From assembly GCA_965228895.1 (NCBI GenBank), contig OZ245842.1:4448001-4512000 (forward strand): a stretch of 64,000 nt of DNA, written 5' to 3'. The translations under genes were made by a program, and so were the position numbers. Origin of the DNA: Alphaproteobacteria bacterium. GTDB taxonomy: Bacteria > Pseudomonadota > Alphaproteobacteria > SP197. This document shows, one piece after another, positions 11,768-20,303 of the stretch (positions within the stretch are counted from its first letter, which is position 1; each line of letters starts with the position of its first letter). The notes beneath the pieces are model-generated. The model was given only the letters and a program-made list of their open reading frames with translations, made no database searches and was not told the DNA's origin.

Positions 11768-13078
11768 ATGGCACTACCCAATTATCCCGGTTTCGACACG
11801 CTGACGCTGCATGCCGGTCAGCAGCCCGATCCCACGACCGGCGCGCGCGCCGTGCCGATCTACCAGACGACATCCTATGTCTTCCGCGACGTTGATCAGG
11901 CCGCCGCTCTCTTCAACCTGGAGCGGCCGGGCCATATCTATTCGCGCATCTCCAACCCGACCGTCGCGGTGCTGGAGGAACGGGTCGCGGCGCTCGAGGG
12001 CGGCGTCGGCGCGGTGTGCACGGCAAGCGGCCAGGCGGCGCTCCATCTGGCGATTGTCACCTTGATGGACCAGGGCAGCCACATCGTGGCGTCCGGCTCG
12101 ATCTATGGCGGCAGCCACAACATGTTCAACTACACCCTGCCGCGCTTCGGCATCGAGACGACCTTCGTCAACCCGCGTGACACCAAAGCGATCAAGAACG
12201 CGATCCGGCCGGAGACCCGCCTGATCTTCGGCGAAACCCTAGGCAACCCGGGCCTGGAGGTCATGGACATTCCGGTGGTCTCGACGATTGCCCACGATCA
12301 CGGTATTCCGCTGATGATCGACAACACCTTCGCCTCGCCGGCGCTGGCCCAGCCGCTCACCATGGGCGCCGACATCGTCATGCATTCGGCAACCAAGTTC
12401 ATGGGCGGTCATGGCGTTGCCATCGGCGGTGTCATTGTCGACCGCGGCGCCTTCGATTGGGAGGCCTCCGGCAAATTCCCGACCCTGACAGAACCTTACG
12501 CCGGTTATCACGGCATCGACTTCGCCGAGGAGTTCGGCCCCAACGCCATGCTGATGCGCGCCCGCGCCGAGGGCGTGCGCGACTTCGGCGCCTGCATGAG
12601 CCCGACCAACGCGTTCTATATCCTGCAGGGCGTCGAGACGTTGCCGCTGCGCATGGCGCGCCATGTCGAGAACACGCGGAAGATCGTCGCCTTTCTGGAC
12701 GGCCATGATGCCATCGAGTCTGTCGGCTACCCCGAGCTTGAAAGCCATCCCGATCATGCGCTCGCCAAGAAGCTGCTGCCGCACGGCTGCGGCGCCATCT
12801 TCAGCTTTGTCCTGAAGGGCGGCCGGCCGGCCGGCGCCAAGTTCATCGAGGCGCTGCAGCTCTTCTCCCATCTCGCCAATGTCGGCGATGCGAAGTCGCT
12901 GGTTATTCATCCGGCCAGCACGACGCACCAGCAGATGGACGCCGCCGCGCTTGAAGCCGCCGGCATCTCGGAAGGCCTGGTCCGGCTTTCGGTCGGGCTC
13001 GAGGATGCCAATGATCTGATCGAGGATCTCGAACGCGGCCTGCGCGCCGCCAAAAAGGCTTCAACCCATGGCGCTTGA
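11768..13078 (+). CDS. metY: O-acetylhomoserine aminocarboxypropyltransferase / cysteine synthase (MetY-like)
   Basis: TGARAVPIYQTTSY, YSRISNPT, HSATKF (PLP lysine), HLANVGDAKSLVIHPASTTH. ATG 11768 after GGAGG. The long N-terminal extension in the ORF track is spurious. Confidence 0.88.
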   Translation: MALPNYPGFDTLTLHAGQQPDPTTGARAVPIYQTTSYVFRDVDQAAALFNLERPGHIYSRISNPTVAVLEERVAALEGGVGAVCTASGQAALHLAIVTLMDQGSHIVASGSIYGGSHNMFNYTLPRFGIETTFVNPRDTKAIKNAIRPETRLIFGETLGNPGLEVMDIPVVSTIAHDHGIPLMIDNTFASPALAQPLTMGADIVMHSATKFMGGHGVAIGGVIVDRGAFDWEASGKFPTLTEPYAGYHGIDFAEEFGPNAMLMRARAEGVRDFGACMSPTNAFYILQGVETLPLRMARHVENTRKIVAFLDGHDAIESVGYPELESHPDHALAKKLLPHGCGAIFSFVLKGGRPAGAKFIEALQLFSHLANVGDAKSLVIHPASTTHQQMDAAALEAAGISEGLVRLSVGLEDANDLIEDLERGLRAAKKASTHGA

Positions 13079-13868
13079 TCTCACAGTCGATGGCAAAAAG
13101 GTCTTTGCGGCAACCGGCGGCAAGGTCTTCGATCCCGCGCTCCCGGTCATGATGTTCGTCCACGGCGCCAGCATGAACCGCACGGTCTGGGCGCTGCCGG
13201 CGCGTTACTTCGCCCATCACGGTTACGCGGTGATGGCGGTCGACCTGCCCGGCCACGGCAACTCCGAAGGCCCGCCGTTGCCGACGATCAACGCCATCGG
13301 CGACTGGCTTGTCGCAACGCTGGATGCCGCCGGTGTCGAGCGCGCCACCCTTGTCGGCCACTCCATGGGCACGCTGCCCTTGATCGATGCCGCCGCACGA
13401 CATGGCGACCGCATCGAGCGTGTCGTTCTGCTCGGCACGTCGGTGCCGATGCCGGTGGCCGACGCGCTGCTCGACAACGCCGAGGCCAACAACCACGCGG
13501 CGTTCGACATGGTGACGCTCTGGGGCTTCAGCAAAAAAGCGCAGATCGGCGGCAACCGGGCGCCGGGTACCTGGGTGACCGAAACCGGGCTGCGCCTTCT
13601 TGAACGTGGCGCGCCCGGCGTGCTGCATAACGACATGAAGGCGTGCAACGACTATCAGTCAGGCCTGGAGGATGCCGCCAAGATCGCGTGTCCGGCGGTG
13701 CTTATCCTGGGCGACCGCGACATGATGACACCGCCGCGCAACGCCAAGAGCCTGATGGAGGCCTTGCCGAACGGCCGCATGATTGTTCTGAAAGGCTGCG
13801 GCCACATGATGATGGCCGAGCAGCCCGACGAGACCCTGGACGCCATGATTGAGGCGATGGCAGCCTAA
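13068..13868 (+). CDS. Alpha/beta hydrolase
   Basis: FVHGA, DLPGHG, GHSMG nucleophile elbow, GHMM catalytic His region; overlaps the metY stop. Confidence 0.9.
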   Translation: MALDLTVDGKKVFAATGGKVFDPALPVMMFVHGASMNRTVWALPARYFAHHGYAVMAVDLPGHGNSEGPPLPTINAIGDWLVATLDAAGVERATLVGHSMGTLPLIDAAARHGDRIERVVLLGTSVPMPVADALLDNAEANNHAAFDMVTLWGFSKKAQIGGNRAPGTWVTETGLRLLERGAPGVLHNDMKACNDYQSGLEDAAKIACPAVLILGDRDMMTPPRNAKSLMEALPNGRMIVLKGCGHMMMAEQPDETLDAMIEAMAA

Positions 13869-13932
13869 AATCGGCCTGTCCCAAATTGCGACGCACATAG
13901 CCGGATCGATCCAGTTTTAGCGCCGGATGGGC

Positions 13933-14046
13933 TAGAGCCCGATCGCCTCGCCTTGGATCGAGGAGAGGCGTGAATCGGTCTCTGATTCATAGACTAGAGC
14001 AAGAGTCACGCTTCGGACGAGCCAAGTCCGAAACGATCTTGCTCTA
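13933..14046. repeat. Multi-hairpin palindromic intergenic element (TAGAGC...GCTCTA type), variant arms
   Basis: Termini TAGAGC/GCTCTA. Arms cgcctc..gaggcg and ttcggac..gtccgaa. Central TGAATCggtctct / agagcaagagtca. Same layout as the elements at 18465 and 58007. Confidence 0.7.
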
Positions 14047-14082
14047 TGGCCTCCGGCGCTTTTGCTGTTCGCCACAATTTCG

Positions 14083-14110
14083 CTTGATTTGTCTCCAAAA
14101 TCCCCCATGT
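14083..14110 (+). promoter_or_regulatory. RpoH (sigma32)-like promoter
   Basis: CTTGAT-N14-CCCCATGT versus the consensus CTTGAA-N13/14-CCCCATNT, about 50 nt upstream of the operon's first gene. Confidence 0.65.
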
Positions 14111-14127
14111 GTATACAAATGTAAACA
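14110..14127. promoter_or_regulatory. Putative operator: tandem near-palindromic octamers
   Basis: TGTATACA-aa-TGTAAACA immediately 3' of the -10 box; strongly AT-rich in a high-GC background. Confidence 0.5.
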
Positions 14128-14159
14128 TTCGCTGACATAAGCTTGGAGGCTTCAGCCCC

Positions 14160-14690
14160 GTGCCCAACAAGACCGTGCCCTTGAGCGTCCGTATCTCGGA
14201 GGCGGACGCCGATTTTCTCAATGGCCTCGCCATACCCGGCGCCACCACACACAGCGAAAAGCTGCGCGCCTTGATTGCCGAGGCCCGGCGCAGACGGTCA
14301 GGAAACCGCAGTTATGCGGATGTTTTGGCCGTTTTGCAGGATATCGAAGCACCGGCCGAGCGCCGGTTGCGCGATGCGGAGGGCCGCGTGAAGCAGCACT
14401 CCGAACTGCTGGCCCAGGCTGCGTCCTGGCTGCCAGACACCATGGCCTACCTGATGGGCAATCTGCCCAACGCCGATGACGACGAAGCGGCGGGCAAGCT
14501 CCAGGCGCTCGAAGACGGATTGGCCGACCGCGTATTTGTGTTTGTTGAGCGGGTCTTGCGTATGGCGGTAACGCGGCACAACCCCTGCTACGATAGCTCC
14601 GCTATCTCGCGTCGCATGGAACCCGTGGTTGAGCTTTGTGACATCATTCGTGCCCAAGTAGAGACGGAGAAAGGAAGGACCGATGGCTGA
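14160..14690 (+). CDS. Putative ribbon-helix-helix-like regulator heading the PspA operon
   Basis: N-terminal alternating strand TVPLSVRIS followed by two short helices (ADADFLNGL...SEKLRALI), then a helical body. GTG start after GGAGG; overlaps the PspA start. Confidence 0.6.
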   Translation: MPNKTVPLSVRISEADADFLNGLAIPGATTHSEKLRALIAEARRRRSGNRSYADVLAVLQDIEAPAERRLRDAEGRVKQHSELLAQAASWLPDTMAYLMGNLPNADDDEAAGKLQALEDGLADRVFVFVERVLRMAVTRHNPCYDSSAISRRMEPVVELCDIIRAQVETEKGRTDG

Positions 14691-15360
14691 TAATCTTGGA
14701 TCACGCGTTGGCCGTTTGATCAGCGGCGCTGCAAACCAACTCATCGACGCGGCGGAGAACATGGCGCCCGAGGCGGTCATGGAACAGGCCGTGCGCGAAA
14801 TCGATAAAGGAATCGACGACGTCCGCGCCGAACTCGGCAAGGTCGTCGCGCGCAAGCACCTGGCGTCAAACCGGCTTGCCGACGAGAATGCCAAACACAA
14901 CGCGCTGTCCGAAAAGGTCCAGCTGGCGGTCAAGGAAGGCCGCGAAGACCTGGCCGAGACAGCGGTCGGCAAACTGCTCGACATCGAGGCACAGATCCCG
15001 GTGCTCGAACAGTCGATTGCCCAGGCCGGCGAAGACGAAGCCGAGATGGAAGGTTTCATCACCGCGCTTCAAGGCCGCAAGCGTGAGATGCAAGACGAAC
15101 TCGCGCAGTTCCGCAAAGCACAGAAACAGAGCGGAGCGCAAAGCGTGACCGGAGGCAGCCCCGCCGGCCCCAGTGTCGCCGAGTCAGTGAGCCGCGCCGA
15201 GAAAGCCTTCGACCGCGTGATGGAGCGTTCGGCGGGTCTTGCCCCCGGCAGCTCGACGCCTGACGCGAAGACGGCCAAAGAGCTCGCCGAGCTCGATGAC
15301 CTCTCGCGCAAGAACCGCATTCAGGAGCGGTTGAGCCAGTTCAAGTCAAGCGCGTCCTGA
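14683..15360 (+). CDS. PspA/IM30 (ESCRT-III-like) family protein
   Basis: 225 aa coiled coil; PEAVMEQAVRE, GREDLAETA, C-terminal IQERLSQFK. Confidence 0.88.
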   Translation: MADNLGSRVGRLISGAANQLIDAAENMAPEAVMEQAVREIDKGIDDVRAELGKVVARKHLASNRLADENAKHNALSEKVQLAVKEGREDLAETAVGKLLDIEAQIPVLEQSIAQAGEDEAEMEGFITALQGRKREMQDELAQFRKAQKQSGAQSVTGGSPAGPSVAESVSRAEKAFDRVMERSAGLAPGSSTPDAKTAKELAELDDLSRKNRIQERLSQFKSSAS

Positions 15361-15388
15361 TCGCGCCCGAGGAGGGATAACCACAACC

Positions 15389-16126
15389 ATGTCCAGCCTG
15401 TTGCAGCCCGAGAACGTTCTTTTCACGACGGCCATCGTCGTGATGCTCGGCATCGCCGTCCTTGAAGGCGTCGCGACACTGCTGGGCATGGGTATGTCGT
15501 CGTTCATCGACAACATGCTTCCCGACACGCCCGATGTGGACGTGGACCTGGATGTCGACCTCGATGTCGACATGGATGTCGATATGGACATGGACCTCGA
15601 TGCCGATGCGGCCATCGACGCACCGGAGCTCGGACATGCCAGCGCGCTGTCATCCCTGTTGGGGTGGTTGTGTATCGGCAAGGTGCCGGCGCTGGTCCTG
15701 CTCGTGGTCCTGCTGACCGTGTTCGGTCTGGGCGGCTTGATCGTGCAATCCCTCATCGCCGGCGTGATCGGCGGCCCGCTTACCGCGTGGATCATCGCGC
15801 CCGTGGTGTTCATCGCCAGCTTGCCGGTGGTGCGCGTGTTCGGGCTCGGCTTTTCCAAGCTCATACCGAAGGAGGAAACATCCGCGGTGACGCGCGACAG
15901 CTTTATCGGCCGCGTCGCCACCATCACCCTGGGCACCGCCAAAAAAGGCATGCCGGCCCAGGCCAAGCTCACCGACCAGCACGGCCAGACCCACTACGTC
16001 ATGGTCGAGCCGGATGTCGACGGCGACACGTTCGATGCCGGCGACCAGGTGCTCTTGGTCAGCGGCGAAAGCGCGGTCTTCCGCGTCATCGCGGCGACCG
16101 GCGGGGTGCTCGATACCGATAGCTAA
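15389..16126 (+). CDS. YqiJ-family inner membrane protein (NfeD-like OB fold)
   Basis: N-terminal TM, LGWLCIGKVP, further TMs, FIGRVATITLGTA..G.PAQAKLTDQHGQTHYVMVEP. Confidence 0.85.
   Translation: MSSLLQPENVLFTTAIVVMLGIAVLEGVATLLGMGMSSFIDNMLPDTPDVDVDLDVDLDVDMDVDMDMDLDADAAIDAPELGHASALSSLLGWLCIGKVPALVLLVVLLTVFGLGGLIVQSLIAGVIGGPLTAWIIAPVVFIASLPVVRVFGLGFSKLIPKEETSAVTRDSFIGRVATITLGTAKKGMPAQAKLTDQHGQTHYVMVEPDVDGDTFDAGDQVLLVSGESAVFRVIAATGGVLDTDS
15533..15620 (+). repeat. Coding dipeptide repeat (D-V/L/M)n in the YqiJ-like protein
   Basis: DVDVDLDVDLDVDMDVDMDMDLDADAAID, encoded by imperfect hexamer repeats. Confidence 0.8.
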
Positions 16127-16185
16127 GCCAGCGCAAGAATGGCAGCCGTTAACCCCCTGACGACCAACAGACTGGAGTAGAGACC

Positions 16186-17919
16186 ATGGCCATTATCGAC
16201 ATCCTTATCTTAGCAGGCATCGCGCTTGTCGCCCTGCTAACCATCGGGCTGATCATGGCGCGGCTCTACCAGCGCGCGACCAAGGAAATCTCGTTTGTGC
16301 GTACCGGCATGGGCGGCCAGAAGGTCGTCATGAACGGGGGCAGCCTGGTCTTCCCCGTGCTGCACGACACCATTCCCGTCAACATGAACACGCTGCGGCT
16401 GGAAGTCCGGCGCAACGACCAGCAGGCGCTGATCACGCGCGACCGCATGCGCGTCGACGTGCTGGCCGAATTCTATGTCCGCGTCCAGCCGACCGCCGAC
16501 TCGATCGCGGCCGCCGCCCAGACGCTGGGCAAGCGCACCATGCATCCGGAGTCGCTGAAGGAACTGGTCGAAGGCAAGTTCGTCGATGCCTTGCGCGCCG
16601 TCGCCGCCGAGATGGCGATGGAAGAGTTGCACGAGCAACGCGTCCAGTTCGTCCAGAAGGTGCAGACCGCGGTGTCTGAGGATCTGTTGAAGAACGGCCT
16701 GGAGCTTGAGTCCGTGTCCTTGACCGGCCTCGACCAGACCGACCGCGACTTCTTCAACCCGAACAACGCGTTCGACGCCGCCGGTCTGACCAAGCTGACC
16801 GACGAGATCGAGGACCGCCGCAAGCGGCGCAACGAGATCGAGCGCGACACGAAGGTGGCGATCGAACTGAAGGATCTGGAGACCGAACGCCAGTCGCTGC
16901 AGATCGGCCGCGACACCGAATACGCTCGTCTTGAACAGACCCGCGAGGTCGAAGTCCGCCGCGCCTCTCAGGTCGCCGAGATCGCCAGGGAACAGGCCGA
17001 ACAGGAGCGTGAGGCCGAACAGGCGCGCATCATGGCGACCCGCGATGTCGAGCAGTCGAAGATCGAGGCCGAGCGAGAGGTCGAACAGGCGCGCATCGAA
17101 AAGGATCGCGAGGTCAAGGAACGCGACATCAACCGCAACAAGGCCATTGAACTGGCCAACCAGGACCGCGAGATCGCGGTTGCTGAAAAGTCGAAGGCGC
17201 AATCCGTCGCCCAGGCCGAGGCCGACCGCGCACGCGCCGAGGCCGTGCGCGAGGAGGAGCTCGTCATCACCTCGCGTGAAACCGAGCAGGCCGAGCGTCA
17301 GAAGATCGTCGAGCTGGTCGAGGCCCGTCGGGTCGCCGAACGCGAAGCGATCAAGATCAAAGTCGCGGCCGAGGCGCAGAAGGATGCCGCCAACGACGAG
17401 GCTGACGCCATCCGCACGCTGGCCGAGGCGGCGTCTGAGAAGGTGCGCATCGAAGCCAGCGGTGAGTCGGAGGCCGAAAAGCTGAAGGCGGTGGCAGCGG
17501 AGATCCGCTATGCCGTCGAAGCTGCCGGGCGCAAGGCGCTCAACGAGGCCGACAACACGCTGACGGAAGAGATCGTCGCGATGAAGGTGAAGCTCGCCAT
17601 CATCGAGAACCTGCAGTCGATCATCCGCGAATCCGTCAAACCGATGGAGCAGATCGACGGCATCAAGATCGTTCAGGTCGACGGCCTGACCGGCAACGGC
17701 GGCAACGGCGGCGGAAACGGTGGCGCTGCGATCGAAGGCGCCGGCGCTGGCGGCGGTGCCGGCCTCGCCGACCAGGTTGTCGCCAGCGCGCTGCGTTACC
17801 GCAGCCAGGCGCCGCTGATCGATGCGCTGATGAAAGAGGTCGGCCTCAACAGCGACAACCTCGACGGCTTCGTCGACAGCTTGAAGGACGAGGTCGGCCG
17901 TAACGACGCGGGAGGATAA
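16186..17919 (+). CDS. Flotillin family protein (YqiK-like)
   Basis: N-terminal TM, FVRTGMGGQKV, NMNTLRLEV, ALITRDRMRVDV, NGLELESVSLT, FNPNNAFDA.GL, EA-rich coiled coil, VKPMEQIDGIKI. Confidence 0.93.
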   Translation: MAIIDILILAGIALVALLTIGLIMARLYQRATKEISFVRTGMGGQKVVMNGGSLVFPVLHDTIPVNMNTLRLEVRRNDQQALITRDRMRVDVLAEFYVRVQPTADSIAAAAQTLGKRTMHPESLKELVEGKFVDALRAVAAEMAMEELHEQRVQFVQKVQTAVSEDLLKNGLELESVSLTGLDQTDRDFFNPNNAFDAAGLTKLTDEIEDRRKRRNEIERDTKVAIELKDLETERQSLQIGRDTEYARLEQTREVEVRRASQVAEIAREQAEQEREAEQARIMATRDVEQSKIEAEREVEQARIEKDREVKERDINRNKAIELANQDREIAVAEKSKAQSVAQAEADRARAEAVREEELVITSRETEQAERQKIVELVEARRVAEREAIKIKVAAEAQKDAANDEADAIRTLAEAASEKVRIEASGESEAEKLKAVAAEIRYAVEAAGRKALNEADNTLTEEIVAMKVKLAIIENLQSIIRESVKPMEQIDGIKIVQVDGLTGNGGNGGGNGGAAIEGAGAGGGAGLADQVVASALRYRSQAPLIDALMKEVGLNSDNLDGFVDSLKDEVGRNDAGG

Positions 17920-17928
17920 ACCCCCGTC

Positions 17929-17950
17929 AGGGGCGGCTTCGGCCGCCCCT
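17929..17950 (+). terminator. GC hairpin with cUUCGg loop and no U-tract (mRNA stabiliser or weak terminator)
   Basis: AGGGGCGGC-TTCG-GCCGCCCCT just after the flotillin stop. Confidence 0.55.
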
Positions 17951-17971
17951 CTAACAAAGGAGTGACGTGAC

Positions 17972-18211
17972 ATGAGTCTTCTGTTGTTCCTTGGCGTACC
18001 CCTAATCTTCTTCGGAGGCTGCCTGACCGCGGCCGGTTTCCTTGGGCCCGCCGGCAGCACGTTCGTCAGCGGCTACCGCACGTCCGGCGGGACACCGATC
18101 CAGAGCCGTGTCCACAACCAGCCCTATGACGGCGAACGCAAAAAGAAAATGCGCTGGCTGGGTCTGAAGCTAAGTGCCGTGGGCGCCGTGCTGGTTATCG
18201 TCGCGGGCTGA
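17972..18211 (+). CDS. Small two-TM hairpin protein 1
   Basis: AAGGAG upstream; hydrophobic N- and C-terminal segments around a polar loop. Confidence 0.7.
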   Translation: MSLLLFLGVPLIFFGGCLTAAGFLGPAGSTFVSGYRTSGGTPIQSRVHNQPYDGERKKKMRWLGLKLSAVGAVLVIVAG

Positions 18212-18248
18212 TTGGCCGACAACACTTAACCAGGAAGGAGATGTGATC

Positions 18249-18467
18249 ATGGGTGTTATAGGACTGGTGTTGGTCTGTCTCGGCTGCCTGATTACCGGCG
18301 TCGGCATCTTCTCAGCCGCCAACCTGTTCGGCCTCATTTCAAAGGACGAACGGTATCATGGGACGACCACGGACAAGGGTGTGCATCGCACCAACCTGTG
18401 GGTCCTGCTGACCGGCCTCGGTATGCTCGCGGTTGGCTTCGGCTTCATTTTTCTAACCAGCGCTTAG
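18249..18467 (+). CDS. Small two-TM hairpin protein 2
   Basis: GGAAGGAG RBS and ATG 18249; MGVIGLVLVCLGCLITGVGIFS...LLTGLGMLAVGFGFIFL. Confidence 0.75.
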   Translation: MGVIGLVLVCLGCLITGVGIFSAANLFGLISKDERYHGTTTDKGVHRTNLWVLLTGLGMLAVGFGFIFLTSA

Positions 18468-18602
18468 AGCAGATCCTGTTTTGATGGAATCGCTTCGCGA
18501 TGACATCAAGACGGGTGAATCCGCTCTACTCATTGATAAAGAGCGGATTCACATGGTTAGATGGGACCGTCAAGCGGTCCCATCTAACCATGATCCGCTC
18601 TA
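18465..18602. repeat. Multi-hairpin palindromic element (138 bp), copy A
   Basis: TAGAGCAGATC-[hairpin]-GTGAATCCGCTCT-N12-AGAGCGGATTCAC-[17 bp perfect hairpin ATGGTTAGATGGGACCG]-GATCCGCTCTA. Close reverse-complement match to 58007-58143. Confidence 0.9.
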
Positions 18603-18633
18603 GGCGCGTGATCGACGACAGGAGATTGCGATC

Positions 18634-18855
18634 ATGGAAATTGCCGCCGTTGTCTTTCTGACCTTAGGCATTCTCGTCATCGGCTTCGGCCTGCTGTCGC
18701 TTTGCAACATTCTGAATCTGCCCCTGACCGATCACCAGGCCAAGAACGCCGACATGACGACCAGCAGGTTTCAGGTCGCCCAGGCGAGGATCATGCTGCT
18801 GGGTGCGGCCCTGCTTGCCATCGGCATCGTGCTGTTTGTCCTGACAGGGGCATAG
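18634..18855 (+). CDS. Small two-TM hairpin protein 3
   Basis: AGGAG RBS; LGILVIGFGLLSLCN...LLGAALLAIG. Confidence 0.78.
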   Translation: MEIAAVVFLTLGILVIGFGLLSLCNILNLPLTDHQAKNADMTTSRFQVAQARIMLLGAALLAIGIVLFVLTGA

Positions 18856-18867
18856 GCGGGTGACACC

Positions 18868-19089
18868 ATGGCCATCTCCGCCATCATGTTGCTCATCCTC
18901 GGGATAGCCCTGATCTGCTTTGGCGGCCTGTCGTTCCAGAATTTCAGCAACATGCCGTTCATGGACGACGACATGGATCAAGCCCACAAGGCAGGGAAAC
19001 GTTTTGCGGCCCTACACATCAAGGTCTCGCTGATCGGTGCTATCCTGCTTGCCATCGGCGCCGCCTTGGCCTCGCTCAGCGAGGTTTGA
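18868..19089 (+). CDS. Small two-TM hairpin protein 4 (paralog of protein 3)
   Basis: LGIALICFGGLSFQN...LIGAILLAIG. Shares the 16-mer CCTGCTTGCCATCGGC with gene 3 (18810-18825 and 19044-19059). Confidence 0.78.
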   Translation: MAISAIMLLILGIALICFGGLSFQNFSNMPFMDDDMDQAHKAGKRFAALHIKVSLIGAILLAIGAALASLSEV

Positions 19090-19338
19090 GTGTACTGGAC
19101 AATTGAAACCCTTAGCACGACAAGCGGCATCGGAGGCCTGATGGTGCTCATCGGACTGGTGTTTGCTGCGACAGTCTTCTTCCCAAACGGACTAACCAAA
19201 GGGCATGTCCATCACTCCTCTTACTCGCTTGACCGCGACTATCCAATCTGGCGGTGGTTCAAGATCGGCATTGCAATACTGGGAATCTGTCTGGCCATTG
19301 CGGGAACGCTGATACAGGTGTATTGGCCCGACGCATGA
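19090..19338 (+). CDS. Small two-TM hairpin protein 5
   Basis: GTG directly after the previous stop, with GAGG upstream. Two hydrophobic segments; its stop overlaps the next ATG (ATGA). Confidence 0.65.
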   Translation: MYWTIETLSTTSGIGGLMVLIGLVFAATVFFPNGLTKGHVHHSSYSLDRDYPIWRWFKIGIAILGICLAIAGTLIQVYWPDA

Positions 19339-20303
19339 CCTCGACCCTTCACATTCGCTGCGGTTCGGACATTCGTGACGGCCTGGCCCAAGCCGGCATA
19401 CCCGGCGACTTCCTGGAGTTTTCCGATCCCGTTTGCAAAGGCGGCACGCCCGATGGCGACGATGACGTCTTTCATGCCGCGCGTCTGGCCTATCTGACCG
19501 GCGAGCTCGGTGTGTCGCCTGCGCCAACGGATACAGGATTGCGCGAGGCGATGAGTCGCCTCGAACAGACACGAGACTACGAGCGTCTCGTGCTGTGGTT
19601 CGAACATGATATCTACGATCAGGCGGTTCTGATCCGTTTGCTCTCCTGGTTTGCGGAACGGCCCGACCTGGAGCCGCGCCTCAACATGATCGCCATCGAC
19701 CGCTTCCCCGGCATCGACCGTTTCATCGGTCTTGGTCAGCTCGATCCAAATCAGCTGAAATCGTTATGGGGCAGCGAGCAGCCGGTAACACGGGCGCAGA
19801 TCGCGCTCGGCCAACGCGCCTGGCAGGCGTTTCGCGCGCCGGAACCCCTCTCGCTGTTCGATCTTGCCGCAGCGGGCACGCCCAATCTGCCGTTCCTGGC
19901 GCCCGCCCTGATGCGGCACCTTCAAGAGCTGCCGTGGACGACCGACGGGCTCTCGCTCACCGAACGGCTGACGCTGCGCGCTATCGCCGAAGGCGCTGCA
20001 ACGCCCGGCCAGTGTTTCCGCGACCTGCACGGCCGTCTCGAGCCGCAGCCCTTCCTGGGCGACATCATGTATTGGCCGATCGTCACCAACCTCGCCCGCG
20101 GCAAGGCGGGCGCGGTTACCGAGCCGGAGACCTGGAAGTCTCCGATCGCGCTGACGTCGTTTGGCAGAGACCTGCTCGCCGGCACGGCCGACTGGATCGA
20201 GACCAACGGCATCGACCGCTGGGTCGGCGGCGTGCACGTCACGCCCGGCAACCTCTGGCGTTGGGACGCGGCGGCCAGCCGCCCTGTAAGAGACTCGGGC
20301 TAG
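19335..20303 (+). CDS. DUF1835-like protein
   Basis: LHIRCGSD, F.DPVC.G, LVLWFEHDIYDQ, FIGLGQL, RHLQELPWTTDGLSLTE, PFLGD, IDRWVGGV. Confidence 0.8.
   Translation: MTSTLHIRCGSDIRDGLAQAGIPGDFLEFSDPVCKGGTPDGDDDVFHAARLAYLTGELGVSPAPTDTGLREAMSRLEQTRDYERLVLWFEHDIYDQAVLIRLLSWFAERPDLEPRLNMIAIDRFPGIDRFIGLGQLDPNQLKSLWGSEQPVTRAQIALGQRAWQAFRAPEPLSLFDLAAAGTPNLPFLAPALMRHLQELPWTTDGLSLTERLTLRAIAEGAATPGQCFRDLHGRLEPQPFLGDIMYWPIVTNLARGKAGAVTEPETWKSPIALTSFGRDLLAGTADWIETNGIDRWVGGVHVTPGNLWRWDAAASRPVRDSG

Noticed and set aside
17692-17763. GGCAACGGC repeats in the flotillin gene
   Set aside because: Ordinary Gly-rich linker near the flotillin C-terminus.
16237-18060. Long antisense or alternate-frame ORFs (also 2236-4167, 6207-7940, 23356-25467, 32120-33832, 60377-61876)
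   Set aside because: Typical stop-poor shadows of real genes in high-GC DNA, with no recognisable motifs.
18465-18602. CRISPR array
   Set aside because: The repeats are inverted hairpin modules without regularly spaced direct repeats and spacers, and there are no cas genes.
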